From Escherichia phage N2: a DNA stretch of 64,000 nt. Where the stretch lies: the sequence record ON645936.1; one strand, written 5' to 3'. Both the position numbers and the translations under genes were made by a program. Positions 34,966 to 47,352 of the stretch are shown here, in pieces. The number at the start of each line of letters is the position of its first letter. The stretch's first letter is position 1. The notes below the pieces were generated by a model that had not been told where the DNA came from, did not search any database, and saw only the letters and a list, made by a program, of their open reading frames with translations.

Positions 34966-35301
34966 TCACTTATAAAGACACGGAATAGCTTTATAGTGAC
35001 AGGTAACAAATTTTTGTTTAATTTCTTTTGGCTGCTTAAGACCCAGAGCTACAAAAGGATGTGGAACGTTTCGAATTTGACCAACTGGAAGAGAAGTCAA
35101 ATCACCAACTTCGCAGAAACCTTCAGGAACATCAGGACCAACAGAGTGAATTACACACAGTTCAGGAACTTCACCTTGAACACGTTTACCGATAATAAGT
35201 CCTGATTCTGTAACTTCTTCATCACCGGCTTGTGCAGGTTCAGAAACTAAAATAACATATTCACCGACAGCACGAATTGGTAGCTGTTGTACTTCAGACA
35301 T
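34966..35301 (-). CDS. 31: co-chaperonin gp31 (GroES analogue)
   Basis: 111-aa ORF with T4 gp31-like sequence. Confidence 0.95.
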   Translation of the reverse strand: MSEVQQLPIRAVGEYVILVSEPAQAGDEEVTESGLIIGKRVQGEVPELCVIHSVGPDVPEGFCEVGDLTSLPVGQIRNVPHPFVALGLKQPKEIKQKFVTCHYKAIPCLYK

Positions 35302-35358
35302 CGTTTTTCCTTTTTTGTTAACAGATAAATTAATAATAACAAATAATTCTTAAAGCAT

Positions 35359-35667
35359 TTATTTACCAATAAATTGGAGCAAATGCTTAACTTTCATACC
35401 ATTAACAGAAATCAATTTGTCAATAGAAAAACCTCGCCAAGCGCCAAGTTCAACATCAAATACTGGAATCATATCCGTAGATTCTTTCCGAGTAGATTCA
35501 GTCAATTTACCAGTTTGCATGGTTGGCATAAAGTCTGCATCACGAGTACCTTTCATAGTACGAATAGTACCATCAGACTTTTCAAAAACTACGTTTGAAA
35601 CACCCATGGACAATTTAGTTTTCAAAATTTCACGAATTGCTACTTTCTGTTCAGTTGTCAATTTCAT
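35359..35667 (-). CDS. hypothetical protein (T4 31.1 position)
   Basis: 102-aa ORF. Confidence 0.6.
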   Translation of the reverse strand: MKLTTEQKVAIREILKTKLSMGVSNVVFEKSDGTIRTMKGTRDADFMPTMQTGKLTESTRKESTDMIPVFDVELGAWRGFSIDKLISVNGMKVKHLLQFIGK

Positions 35668-35904
35668 TTATTTACCTATTACAGTTTTAATATGGGTTGT
35701 TCCACGTTCTTTAAGAGTGGAAAGCAATTTTTGGCATTTTTCTAAATCAGATTTCCAACTATACGGTCTATCAATACAAACCCATTCTGACTTATAATAC
35801 TGCTTCCATTTAGAGAAAAAATATTTCTTATACTCTACAGCAAATGAAATGTTCTCGTTAGAATAAGAACTAATTGCTGTGAGTTGTACCAAACGAAATT
35901 TCAT
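35668..35904 (-). CDS. hypothetical protein (T4 31.2 position)
   Basis: 78-aa ORF. Confidence 0.55.
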   Translation of the reverse strand: MKFRLVQLTAISSYSNENISFAVEYKKYFFSKWKQYYKSEWVCIDRPYSWKSDLEKCQKLLSTLKERGTTHIKTVIGK

Positions 35905-36485
35905 TATTCACCACAGAATTCGTTGATATTTTCCCAGTTTAACTTATTCAAGTTTTTCTTAGGAACATTAAACACTTCAATACCTGCATTTCGCAGAATA
36001 TCATCCCAGCCAGGTTTATTTTTATCGTATGTTTCGCAATAAACTAGCTTTTTAATACCAGATTGAGCTATCGCTTTTGCGCAATCCGGACATGGAGAAA
36101 GTGTTACATACATAGTAGCACCTTCAATTGAAGAACCGTTTCGTGCAGCAAACAAAATTGCATTTAGTTCAGCATGAATTTCATTTTTAGACGACCATTC
36201 AGAGTGAGCGCTACGATGTTCTTTCGCCAAGACAAAACGATCAGTTGAACCAAATGATACGCATTCAGGCTTATGACCTTGAATGATAGTATGTTTAGGC
36301 TTATTCAACAACCAACCTTGCTCAGCAGCATAATCACAACAGTTCACACCCCCTGCGGGTGAACCATTATATCCGGTAGAAATAATACGTCCATTCTTTT
36401 CAATTACTGCTCCTACCTTCCAGGAGCAACATTTTGATTCCTGCGATACTAAATATGCAATTTGAAGTACTGTACTCGCTTTCAT
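35904..36485 (-). CDS. cd: dCMP deaminase
   Basis: 193-aa ORF; zinc-binding HAE / PCxxC deaminase motifs (TLSPCPDCAKAI). Confidence 0.95.
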   Translation of the reverse strand: MKASTVLQIAYLVSQESKCCSWKVGAVIEKNGRIISTGYNGSPAGGVNCCDYAAEQGWLLNKPKHTIIQGHKPECVSFGSTDRFVLAKEHRSAHSEWSSKNEIHAELNAILFAARNGSSIEGATMYVTLSPCPDCAKAIAQSGIKKLVYCETYDKNKPGWDDILRNAGIEVFNVPKKNLNKLNWENINEFCGE

Positions 36486-36820
36486 TTCATAATCACCAGA
36501 TAAGCAGATTTAGTAGTTTCAACACGATAAATTTCGTGACGAAGTTTAGTTATACTTTTAATAACAGAACTAATTATATTCTGCCCATCTTTAAAGCGGT
36601 TTTTCTTATCAATAAAAACTGCGCCAGTCATCTTTTTGTGAAGCTCAACTGGATACTTCGTCACAATAATAGCATCATACACAGAAGGATGAATACTATT
36701 CACCAGAGTGTCATTCATTAAAGTTATTCTAATGAACTGTGCTGTTTCAGAGTCAAGCGCTCTATGATCGCCAGTATCATTTTCAAGACAATTATCAATT
36801 ATATCAGTTAAATTCATCAT
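36482..36820 (-). CDS. hypothetical protein (cd.1 position)
   Basis: 112-aa ORF. Confidence 0.55.
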   Translation of the reverse strand: MMNLTDIIDNCLENDTGDHRALDSETAQFIRITLMNDTLVNSIHPSVYDAIIVTKYPVELHKKMTGAVFIDKKNRFKDGQNIISSVIKSITKLRHEIYRVETTKSAYLVIMK

Positions 36821-37053
36821 AGTACGCCATACACCCTTTGTGCTTCAACTAATCCATCAAAATCCAATTTGAGATGTGTTATTTGATCACCATCACCTGG
36901 ATTCACAATTACTAATACTGAACGAGGAGTTTCGGTAATAACACGAACCGATGTTTCAGGAAATCGTTCAGAAACCTTATTTACCAATTCCTGTGCAAAT
37001 AGTTTAACTTTTTCTTGGAATTCTTTAACAGTAATCGGTTTTTCACTTAGCAT
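36817..37053 (-). CDS. hypothetical protein
   Basis: 78-aa ORF. Confidence 0.55.
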   Translation of the reverse strand: MLSEKPITVKEFQEKVKLFAQELVNKVSERFPETSVRVITETPRSVLVIVNPGDGDQITHLKLDFDGLVEAQRVYGVL

Positions 37054-37574
37054 GTTGATCCCAGCTCCTTACTTTCAACGTTTTTAACTAATTTGACAGA
37101 AACTAATTCAGCATCTTGAGTAATCATTACCGGACCTTCTTCATACTCTTCAAGATATTCTAGAGCTTTCTTTTTAGCTTCTTCCTTCGTATCAGTTTGA
37201 GCATAGATATAAAACATACAACCAGTAATACCTACTACTTTCCACTTAATTTCTTTATCAGTTTTAATTTCAAATTTACTTACAGAATCATCTTTTTGAA
37301 CTTCTTCGAAAAAAGAATATTCTAGCATATAAGCAATTGAAAACAACGGGCTAACTTTATAGGATTCACCCATTACATCAACAGCTTTATACCAACAATC
37401 ATCAATTTCGCGTTTAATGCTAATAACATTTTTCGCAGGATCTATTTTTACTTTAAATGAATTTTCCCCAATAAACTGGGCAATTCGTTTATTAGCCCCG
37501 CAAGTTTCATTAAAAATATCTTTATATCCAGCTTTAAAGCGATAAACCTTATCTTCTTCAAACCATTCGCTCAT
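37047..37574 (-). CDS. hypothetical protein
   Basis: 175-aa ORF with SD; early promoter upstream. Confidence 0.6.
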   Translation of the reverse strand: MSEWFEEDKVYRFKAGYKDIFNETCGANKRIAQFIGENSFKVKIDPAKNVISIKREIDDCWYKAVDVMGESYKVSPLFSIAYMLEYSFFEEVQKDDSVSKFEIKTDKEIKWKVVGITGCMFYIYAQTDTKEEAKKKALEYLEEYEEGPVMITQDAELVSVKLVKNVESKELGSTC

Positions 37575-37603
37575 TTCAATTTCCTCATTTGTTTTGGTAG
37601 AGC

Positions 37604-37634
37604 TATAATATCACAACTCTACCGTAAAGTAAAC
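37604..37634 (-). promoter_or_regulatory. early promoter (GTTTAC-N17-ATATTAT)
   Basis: Upstream of ORF 37047..37574. Confidence 0.5.
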
Positions 37635-37636
37635 TG

Positions 37637-37912
37637 TTAAATTGCTTTGAATTCTGATGTCTGCGATTCAAAACGAATATCGCCTTTGATAACTAACTCA
37701 GCATCAAGACCGAATACGACAATGATATGCGCAGAACTTGGATACAGCGTAATGGCAATAGAATCCACCTGGTCTGGAAGCAAAGTGTTCAATACATGAG
37801 TCACTTGAGCATGAATTCGAAGCTCAGCTGCGTTATCAAGTTTTTCAAACATATTATTAGCGATAATTTGGCTAAACACTACTTCTACGATTTTAGAGTA
37901 AGTCGGAAACAT
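37637..37912 (-). CDS. hypothetical protein
   Basis: 91-aa ORF. Confidence 0.5.
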   Translation of the reverse strand: MFPTYSKIVEVVFSQIIANNMFEKLDNAAELRIHAQVTHVLNTLLPDQVDSIAITLYPSSAHIIVVFGLDAELVIKGDIRFESQTSEFKAI

Positions 37913-37976
37913 ATTTACCTCACATAATTTTCTTCAAGCCAATCAATAATAGACAAAGTTTCATGGTGCCAAGCCA

Positions 37977-39195
<1,219 letters not shown>

Positions 39196-39199
<4 letters not shown>

Positions 39200-39426
39200 T
39201 TATTTTTCTCAACCAATGATTGAATATAATCATGCAGGTCTTTAGATGCTTTACCCCACTTATTTTGGTATTCATTTTTAAGATTAGCACGTGATTGAGC
39301 TAATAAAACATCATTAGTTGGAGGTAAAGATTCTAATCGTTGAATCTGACGTCCATAAATCATTGCAGCCATCTCGGATTCATAAATCAATCCTTTGAGA
39401 TGTTCAAATTGATGCCATGAAATCAT
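39196..39426 (-). CDS. hypothetical protein
   Basis: 76-aa ORF. Confidence 0.5.
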
Positions 39427-39722
39427 TTACATTTATCCTCTTTTAGCTCTTGACGATAATAACATATCATAGTTTTTTGGTCATGTACATATCGTTTTAC
39501 ATCATTAAGCCAAATACGAAATTCCTGGGAATCTTCAAATGGCATACCGACCCAAGCTTTACCATCAATAACTTTAACTTGCCAAGATAGTTTAGCTTCA
39601 TCATATGACTTTATTTGCACAGGCCAATTAGGATGAACTGTTTCTTTCTTTACTTCTAGAGGCTTTGTCGAACAACCAACTAGAAGACCAATAGATAATA
39701 TTACTGCCGATAGTTTAATCAT
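39423..39722 (-). CDS. putative outer-membrane spanin lipoprotein (o-spanin, T4 pseT.2-like)
   Basis: Signal peptide with lipobox LLVGC at residues 13-17; adjacent to i-spanin candidate. Confidence 0.65.
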   Translation of the reverse strand: MIKLSAVILSIGLLVGCSTKPLEVKKETVHPNWPVQIKSYDEAKLSWQVKVIDGKAWVGMPFEDSQEFRIWLNDVKRYVHDQKTMICYYRQELKEDKCK

Positions 39723-40072
39723 TTAGAAAGGTCCTGGATGTCTTCTGCGAACTTGTTGAAGGAGTTGTTGATTTGTTTTTCAACCAATCCTGGCTTATGA
39801 GCCACCACATCCGCCTTCTTTGCGTCTTTGCGCAGTTTTTCATTTTCACGCTCAATAGCAGCAATTGCCTCACGATTTTTATTATTCATCGCATCAATAT
39901 AATTATACTGAATTCGCAAATTATCTAATGCTAAAGCGTTTTCATTGGCTGTTTTTGTAATTTCAGTAACCGATGTTTCTAATCTTTCTACCTTATTTTT
40001 TAAAATAATAGATGTTCCGCCAAATGCTATTACAAGTAATAGCAATCCAGCTGTAAAATTACTTACATGCAT
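39719..40072 (-). CDS. putative inner-membrane spanin (i-spanin, T4 pseT.3-like)
   Basis: N-terminal transmembrane segment GLLLLVIAFGGTSIIL followed by charged coiled-coil-like region; precedes lipoprotein gene. Confidence 0.65.
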   Translation of the reverse strand: MHVSNFTAGLLLLVIAFGGTSIILKNKVERLETSVTEITKTANENALALDNLRIQYNYIDAMNNKNREAIAAIERENEKLRKDAKKADVVAHKPGLVEKQINNSFNKFAEDIQDLSK

Positions 40073-40569
40073 AAAGTTTTAATAACCTCTACAATATCGT
40101 CTTGAGAAAGACCGTTAATTAAAATATGATGTTCAGCCGGAGATTTAGAAATTTTAAAGCATGCCTCAACATCTTCTGCCATATCTGATGCGCTACGATT
40201 TGGATTACTAATTCCAAGACGATGTTTTCCCGTCAAAGGATTAACGATGATGTAGCATTTACAATTATTGATATGAACATTAGGTTGAGTCTGATTAATG
40301 AACACATCACAATCATATTTCGCAAGCTGATTTTCTAAAAAGACTTTCATCTCCTCAACCGCATCAGGAAGCATATCACGGGCTTGCTCAAGACGACGAT
40401 TTCGATATTCTTTAATGGTCGTTTTCCGCTTGACTTGCTTAGCTAAATCTTTCTTAAGATCGGTGATATATCCAACTCGACGATTTCCTTTGAATACAGA
40501 AATCCCATCTGTAGTATCACCATATGCTTCAACGACCATTTCAGTAGTAATAAGCTGTAAATCCATCAT
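40063..40569 (-). CDS. alc: Alc-like protein (inhibitor of host transcription on cytosine DNA)
   Basis: 168-aa ORF between the pseT cluster and rnlA as in T4; early promoter immediately upstream. Confidence 0.7.
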   Translation of the reverse strand: MMDLQLITTEMVVEAYGDTTDGISVFKGNRRVGYITDLKKDLAKQVKRKTTIKEYRNRRLEQARDMLPDAVEEMKVFLENQLAKYDCDVFINQTQPNVHINNCKCYIIVNPLTGKHRLGISNPNRSASDMAEDVEACFKISKSPAEHHILINGLSQDDIVEVIKTLCM

Positions 40570-40597
40570 AAAGTCCTCATGTTATGTCAGTAAAATT

Positions 40598-40627
40598 ACT
40601 ATAACACAACACGAGGGACTTGTAAAC
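40598..40627 (-). promoter_or_regulatory. early promoter (-35 GTTTAC, -10 TATAGT) upstream of alc
   Basis: Near-identical copy of the 26911..26940 promoter. Confidence 0.55.
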
Positions 40628-40630
40628 AGC

Positions 40631-42218
<1,588 letters not shown>

Positions 42219-42226
42219 AATAAAAT

Positions 42227-42240
42227 GGGCCTTGCGGCCC
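42227..42240 (-). promoter_or_regulatory. hairpin bridging a distant SD (GGAG) to the denA start codon
   Basis: TAAGGAGU-GGGCC GCAA GGCCC-AUUUUAUU-AUG on minus strand. Confidence 0.45.
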
Positions 42241-42245
42241 ACTCC

Positions 42246-43424
42246 TTAAAAATATTTTTTAAAACTCATCATAACTTTATCATCAACATCATTATCAATC
42301 TGTGCTACAAGGTAAGATGACAGTTCTACTTCTTGTGGTGCAGATTGAACATTATCAGAATTAAGGTATTCACGAATCCAAGGATATGGATGTTTAACCG
42401 GAGCATCGGTAATTGGACATGGAAGACCACACTGTTTCATACGAGATACAGTTAAGTAATCAATAAAGCTCCACATGCTATTTGTATTTAATCCAGGAAC
42501 ATCGCCATCTTTAAATAAATGAACTGCCCAATCTTTTTCTTGGCGGTTAACTTCCATGAAAATATCAACTGCTTCTTGTTCACACTCTTGAGCAATTTTA
42601 ACCCATTCATCACCATCAGTACCGGATTGAAGTTGACGAATAATATATTGAGTGCCTTTAAGGTGAAGCTGCTCATCACGTGCAATGAACTTCATAATCT
42701 TGGCATTACCTTCCATGATTTCCATGTTCTTATGGAAGTTAAAGGTACATGCAAAAGATACATAAAAACGAATAGCTTCTAAGGCATTAATAACGTGCAA
42801 ACAGAGGTAAAGAGATTTCATTAGTGCTCGTTTAGCTTCGGCTTCTTGTTTAATAGCTCGATTTAAACGAAAAACAGCATCAGGAGATTCTTTAGCTAGT
42901 TCTGTAAATTCTTTAGCATTTTCCCATTCACGGGTTTTAGTCAGAACATCATCATAATAGCGACCGATAGATTCAGCACGTTTCATAATAGCTTTATCTA
43001 GTACAATCTCATCAAATACCTTCGATGGATCAGTATAAAGATTTCGCATGATATGAGTATATGAACGACTGTGAATAGTTTCACTAAAAGTCCATGTAGC
43101 AACCCATGTATCAAGGCTTGGGTCTGAAATTAATGACATAAGTACAGCAGACGGCGCACGACCTTGAATACTATCAAGTAATGATTGATACTTCAGATTA
43201 TTAGTAAAAATATTTTGTTGATACTGAGGAAGCTTATTAAACTGTGCAGCATCCATCATCAAGTTTACTTCTTCCGGACGCCAGAAAAACGAGAGCGAAC
43301 GTTCAATAAGTTCTTCAAATACTCGATGCCGTTGAATATCATAACGCGCAATACCAAGACCTGAACCAAAAAACATAGGTTCTTTTAAAACATCGACCTG
43401 TTTAGTATTAAAAACTGTACTCAT
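42246..43424 (-). CDS. nrdB: ribonucleotide reductase small subunit, uninterrupted
   Basis: 392-aa continuous ORF with di-iron/radical subunit character. Confidence 0.93.
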   Translation of the reverse strand: MSTVFNTKQVDVLKEPMFFGSGLGIARYDIQRHRVFEELIERSLSFFWRPEEVNLMMDAAQFNKLPQYQQNIFTNNLKYQSLLDSIQGRAPSAVLMSLISDPSLDTWVATWTFSETIHSRSYTHIMRNLYTDPSKVFDEIVLDKAIMKRAESIGRYYDDVLTKTREWENAKEFTELAKESPDAVFRLNRAIKQEAEAKRALMKSLYLCLHVINALEAIRFYVSFACTFNFHKNMEIMEGNAKIMKFIARDEQLHLKGTQYIIRQLQSGTDGDEWVKIAQECEQEAVDIFMEVNRQEKDWAVHLFKDGDVPGLNTNSMWSFIDYLTVSRMKQCGLPCPITDAPVKHPYPWIREYLNSDNVQSAPQEVELSSYLVAQIDNDVDDKVMMSFKKYF

Positions 43425-45016
43425 TATTTTGTCCTGTAAACTAAATTTCCACAGTCCCAGATTCTTCTAAGACCATTTGCATAACAATTTTCTACTTCAG
43501 TTATTGTATCATCATAATTTTTAAGCTTGTTTTTAAGCTTATGTTTCATATAGCTTGAGCGGTGAAATACCTCTCCTTTATCGACGTACCAATAACATGG
43601 CTCAGAGATATGACTAAATTCCATGACAGAGTCATAAACATTTGATAATGTACTGCACCATCTTCGATTGCCATAAGATAGACAATTAATTCCTTTTAAT
43701 AATTTTGAGGCTCCTCCTACAACACAAACCCCTAATTTTGAACACATCCTTAAAAGTTCATCACCTGAGCTATATCTAGATTTACCGATAGAAATAATTT
43801 GAACTAACTCATTATTGTAATAAAGTCCTTTATACGTATGAGCTCCTGAGCAAAATCCTTGAAGATGATTCTTATTAATAAATTCTTTTGCCTCATCCTT
43901 ATTAACAAACCGTGCTTTGCATTTTCGGGCTGGTATTCTTTCTGATAATCCTAATTTATGCTTTATAATGGATTTCCAGATCTCTCTTTTTGTATCATCA
44001 ATCCATTCATTTTCGAAGATGTGAAGTAATTGAATTCCTTGTGCTTCACACATCTCTGTCTTCATCAAATGATAAGTTTCTTTAATTTTATCTGTTTCCT
44101 TTGACCCGCTAGAATGCCAATAAATTCCATCGTATTCTATAGCCAATTTTTTCTCAGGAATGTAAATATCTAATTCATACGGAGGAATAATTTTTCTAGT
44201 TTCTACGCAATCAAATCCTAGATCTAAAATGAATTGCTCTATAGAACTTTGAGTATAATGAACGTCAATTAGTCCTTTGGATGAAAGAGCTCTATAAGCC
44301 GTCATCCGAGAACAATTTGCTAATTGTTGTAGTTCTTCTATAGAAATTTTGTAATTGATTTTATCTAGTATATCATGATTAATATGACCGTTATTTTTAA
44401 TAGATTTTCCTATAGATGAATATAACGATGCCTTATATTCTTCAGTCCAATTTAATTTAGTCTTCTTAGATTTTTCGCGAGATTTTCTAGAATGCAGAAT
44501 ATCAACTGATTTACCGTTTTCTATAACTTTTCTCGCTTCTTTCACACTTTCTAATTGTGAATTATGCGTTACCCCATATCGTTCAATTAAAGTTTTTCTA
44601 TTTTTATTTCTTGAAATTTTTTGATGAGTTGTTCCATATTTTTCTAAAGAATTTTTGTGTTGAAGTTCAGACAAATATTTTTTATATTTTTCTTTTCCGC
44701 CAAAATTTGTATCACGGCTTTGAATTCTCTTATCCGCGAAAAATATCCCTGCGCAGGATTTACTACATGTTGCTGGAAATACACGTTTCTTTGCTGTTTT
44801 CAGAGAAATGAAATTTCCACAAACTGCACATTTTAGATCGTTAATGTCAATGCCTTCCATAATTTGGAACACATTGAGCTTAAAATCTATTCCATCAGTT
44901 AGAAGAGCTTTATCTTCTTCTGTTAGTCTAGATTTAAGTTTTTCTTCTCCAAATGGAAGAAACTTTCCGTTTTTGTATATATTATCAAACATAGCGTTAT
45001 TCTTAGTTAACCACAT
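43424..45016 (-). CDS. multidomain putative homing endonuclease: Cys-pair zinc ribbon, Lys-rich linker, Vsr/DUF559-like PD-(D/E)xK motif, unknown C-terminal domain
   Basis: 530-aa ORF between nrdB and nrdA; motifs CAVCGN..CSKSCAG and YELDIYIPEKKLAIEYDGIYWHS. Confidence 0.6.
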   Translation of the reverse strand: MWLTKNNAMFDNIYKNGKFLPFGEEKLKSRLTEEDKALLTDGIDFKLNVFQIMEGIDINDLKCAVCGNFISLKTAKKRVFPATCSKSCAGIFFADKRIQSRDTNFGGKEKYKKYLSELQHKNSLEKYGTTHQKISRNKNRKTLIERYGVTHNSQLESVKEARKVIENGKSVDILHSRKSREKSKKTKLNWTEEYKASLYSSIGKSIKNNGHINHDILDKINYKISIEELQQLANCSRMTAYRALSSKGLIDVHYTQSSIEQFILDLGFDCVETRKIIPPYELDIYIPEKKLAIEYDGIYWHSSGSKETDKIKETYHLMKTEMCEAQGIQLLHIFENEWIDDTKREIWKSIIKHKLGLSERIPARKCKARFVNKDEAKEFINKNHLQGFCSGAHTYKGLYYNNELVQIISIGKSRYSSGDELLRMCSKLGVCVVGGASKLLKGINCLSYGNRRWCSTLSNVYDSVMEFSHISEPCYWYVDKGEVFHRSSYMKHKLKNKLKNYDDTITEVENCYANGLRRIWDCGNLVYRTK

Positions 45017-45032
45017 CCTTGTGGTAATTATA

Positions 45033-47297
45033 TCATAATTTACAGGATGAACAATCTTCAGCTTTTGGAGTTTCTATTTCGTAATCATCAGTACCGGAAC
45101 CGTCGCGGGTATTATGATAATAGAAATTTTTTCCGCCAAAATACCAAAAATACAAAAGGTCATCAATCATTATTGACATTGGAACCTTTCCTTTTGGAAA
45201 AATCTGCGGGTCATAATATGTATTCGCTGAAGCTGATTGACATACCCATTTCAACATAATAGCTACTTGCGTAAGATAAGGTTTATTACCTTTCTTAGCT
45301 AATTTCCACGTATAATCATAGAGGTCTATGTTATGCTCAATATTGGGCACGACTTGATTAAAGGAACCCTCTTTTGATTCTTTAACAGAGACTGGTCCAC
45401 GTGGAGGCTCGATACCGTTTGTACTGTTAGAAACTTGGGAAGATGACTCACATGGCATAAGTGCTGATAATGTGCTATTACGGATGCCAAAGAGCTTAAG
45501 GTCTTCCCGCAGCGACGACCAGTCACAAACGTATTTTGGAGCTGCGATTTGGTCAATCTTTTTATTGTACCAGTCGATAGGTAATTCGCCTCGAGACCAA
45601 CGAGTGTCTGAATAATATTCGCAAGGTCCTTTTTCTTTGGCGAGCTTAATGGATGCTTTAATGAGTCCATACTGTAATCTCTCAAATAGTTCATGTGTTA
45701 AATCGTTAGCATCTTCATAAGAAGCAAAGTTACTTGCCAGCCAAGCTGCATAGTTAGTAACACCTACACCGAGGTTACGACGCTTTTTAGCTTTTTCTGC
45801 TTCAGGAACTGGATATCCTTGGTAATCCAAAAGATTATCAAGAGCACGAACTTGAACTTCTGCCAATTCATTAATTTTATCTTGGTCTTGCCAATCGAAG
45901 TTATCTAATACAAATGCGCTAAGGGTACACAATCCAATTTCAGCATCAGGACTATTCACATCATTTGTTGGAATAGCAATTTCACAGCACAAGTTACTCT
46001 GACGAATAGGTGCCTTTTCACGAATAAACGGAGTATAGTTATTCGTATTATCAATGAACTGCACATAAATCCTTGCTGTTCCTGAACGTTCAGTCATGAG
46101 CAATTCAAATAGTTCACGGGCTTTAATACGCTTTTTGCGAATATTAGGGTCTTTTTCTGCGGCTTCATACAATTCACGGAAACGGTCTTGGTCTTTAAAA
46201 TAAGAATAATAAAGCTCGCCACCCATTTCGTGTGGACTGAACAAAGTAATGTAGTCGTTCTTTCCAAAACGTTCCATCATCAAATCATTCAGTTGAACGC
46301 CATAATCCATATGACGGATACGGTTTTCTTCTACGCCTTTGTTATTTTTCAAAACGAGAAGATTTTCAACTTCCAAATGCCAAATAGGATAATAAGCAGT
46401 AGCAGCGCCGCCACGAATTCCGCCTTGTGAACATGATTTAACAGCAGTCTGAAAATGTTTCCAAAAAGGAATAACGCCAGTATGACGCACTTCACCTGTG
46501 CCAATCTTAGAACCTTCGGCACGAATCATACCAACGTTAATACCAATTCCAGCGCGTTTGGAGATATATTCAACAATTGAAGCAGAAGCCTTATTGATAG
46601 ACTTCAGCGAATCACCTGCTTCAATAACAACGCATGAACTAAACTGTCGAGTTGGAGTACGACAACCAGCCATAATAGGAGTTGGCAATGAAATCTGTCG
46701 AGTAGATACTGCTTCATAAAAACGGATAACGTGTTTTAATCTATCAACAGGTTCATCTTGATGCAATGCCATTCCAATAGTCATAAATGCAAACTGTGGA
46801 GTTTCATAAATTTGACCAGTGGTTTTATCTTTAACGAGATATTTTTCTTTTAATTGCATCGCCCCGGAATAAGTAAATTCCATATCCCGCTCGTGCTTAA
46901 TTTTTGATTCTAAAAATGTAATTTCTTCTGCTGAATATTTTGACAATAATTCAGGGTCATATTTACCTTCATTTACACAGTAAGAAATATGGTCAATAAA
47001 TGAACGGGGCTCATACTGTCCGTACACGTGTTTACGAAGAGCAAACATTAAACAGCGTGCAGCTACGTATTGATAATCAGGCTCTTCAACTGAAATAGAA
47101 TTCGCAGCAGCCTTAATTACAATGGTTTGAATGTCATCAGTGGTCATTCCATCACGGAGATATGATTTAATATTTTCATATAATTCATAAGGATCTACTG
47201 ATGTTCCTTCAGCTGCCCAAGATAAAACTTTAATAATTTTTTGTGGGTCAAAGCTCTGAGAAACACCACTACTTTTGATAACATTAATTAATTGCAT
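45033..47297 (-). CDS. nrdA: ribonucleotide reductase large subunit
   Basis: 754-aa ORF from MQLINVIKSSG with GAGGA SD; the 29-codon upstream extension in the track is rejected. Confidence 0.95.
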   Translation of the reverse strand: MQLINVIKSSGVSQSFDPQKIIKVLSWAAEGTSVDPYELYENIKSYLRDGMTTDDIQTIVIKAAANSISVEEPDYQYVAARCLMFALRKHVYGQYEPRSFIDHISYCVNEGKYDPELLSKYSAEEITFLESKIKHERDMEFTYSGAMQLKEKYLVKDKTTGQIYETPQFAFMTIGMALHQDEPVDRLKHVIRFYEAVSTRQISLPTPIMAGCRTPTRQFSSCVVIEAGDSLKSINKASASIVEYISKRAGIGINVGMIRAEGSKIGTGEVRHTGVIPFWKHFQTAVKSCSQGGIRGGAATAYYPIWHLEVENLLVLKNNKGVEENRIRHMDYGVQLNDLMMERFGKNDYITLFSPHEMGGELYYSYFKDQDRFRELYEAAEKDPNIRKKRIKARELFELLMTERSGTARIYVQFIDNTNNYTPFIREKAPIRQSNLCCEIAIPTNDVNSPDAEIGLCTLSAFVLDNFDWQDQDKINELAEVQVRALDNLLDYQGYPVPEAEKAKKRRNLGVGVTNYAAWLASNFASYEDANDLTHELFERLQYGLIKASIKLAKEKGPCEYYSDTRWSRGELPIDWYNKKIDQIAAPKYVCDWSSLREDLKLFGIRNSTLSALMPCESSSQVSNSTNGIEPPRGPVSVKESKEGSFNQVVPNIEHNIDLYDYTWKLAKKGNKPYLTQVAIMLKWVCQSASANTYYDPQIFPKGKVPMSIMIDDLLYFWYFGGKNFYYHNTRDGSGTDDYEIETPKAEDCSSCKL

Positions 47298-47322
47298 AAG
47301 TCCTCTGTAGTAAGTTACCCCA

Positions 47323-47330
47323 TATAAATA
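47323..47330 (+). promoter_or_regulatory. late promoter TATAAATA driving the free-standing GIY-YIG endonuclease gene
   Basis: Exact octamer 23 nt upstream of ATG, followed by AGGAG SD. Confidence 0.7.
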
Positions 47331-47352
47331 TAATTTTATATAGGAGAATATA

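Noticed and set aside
42240-42242. GTG start giving a 144-aa denA product
   Set aside because: Lies inside the hairpin; the downstream ATG gives the 136-aa product expected for endonuclease II
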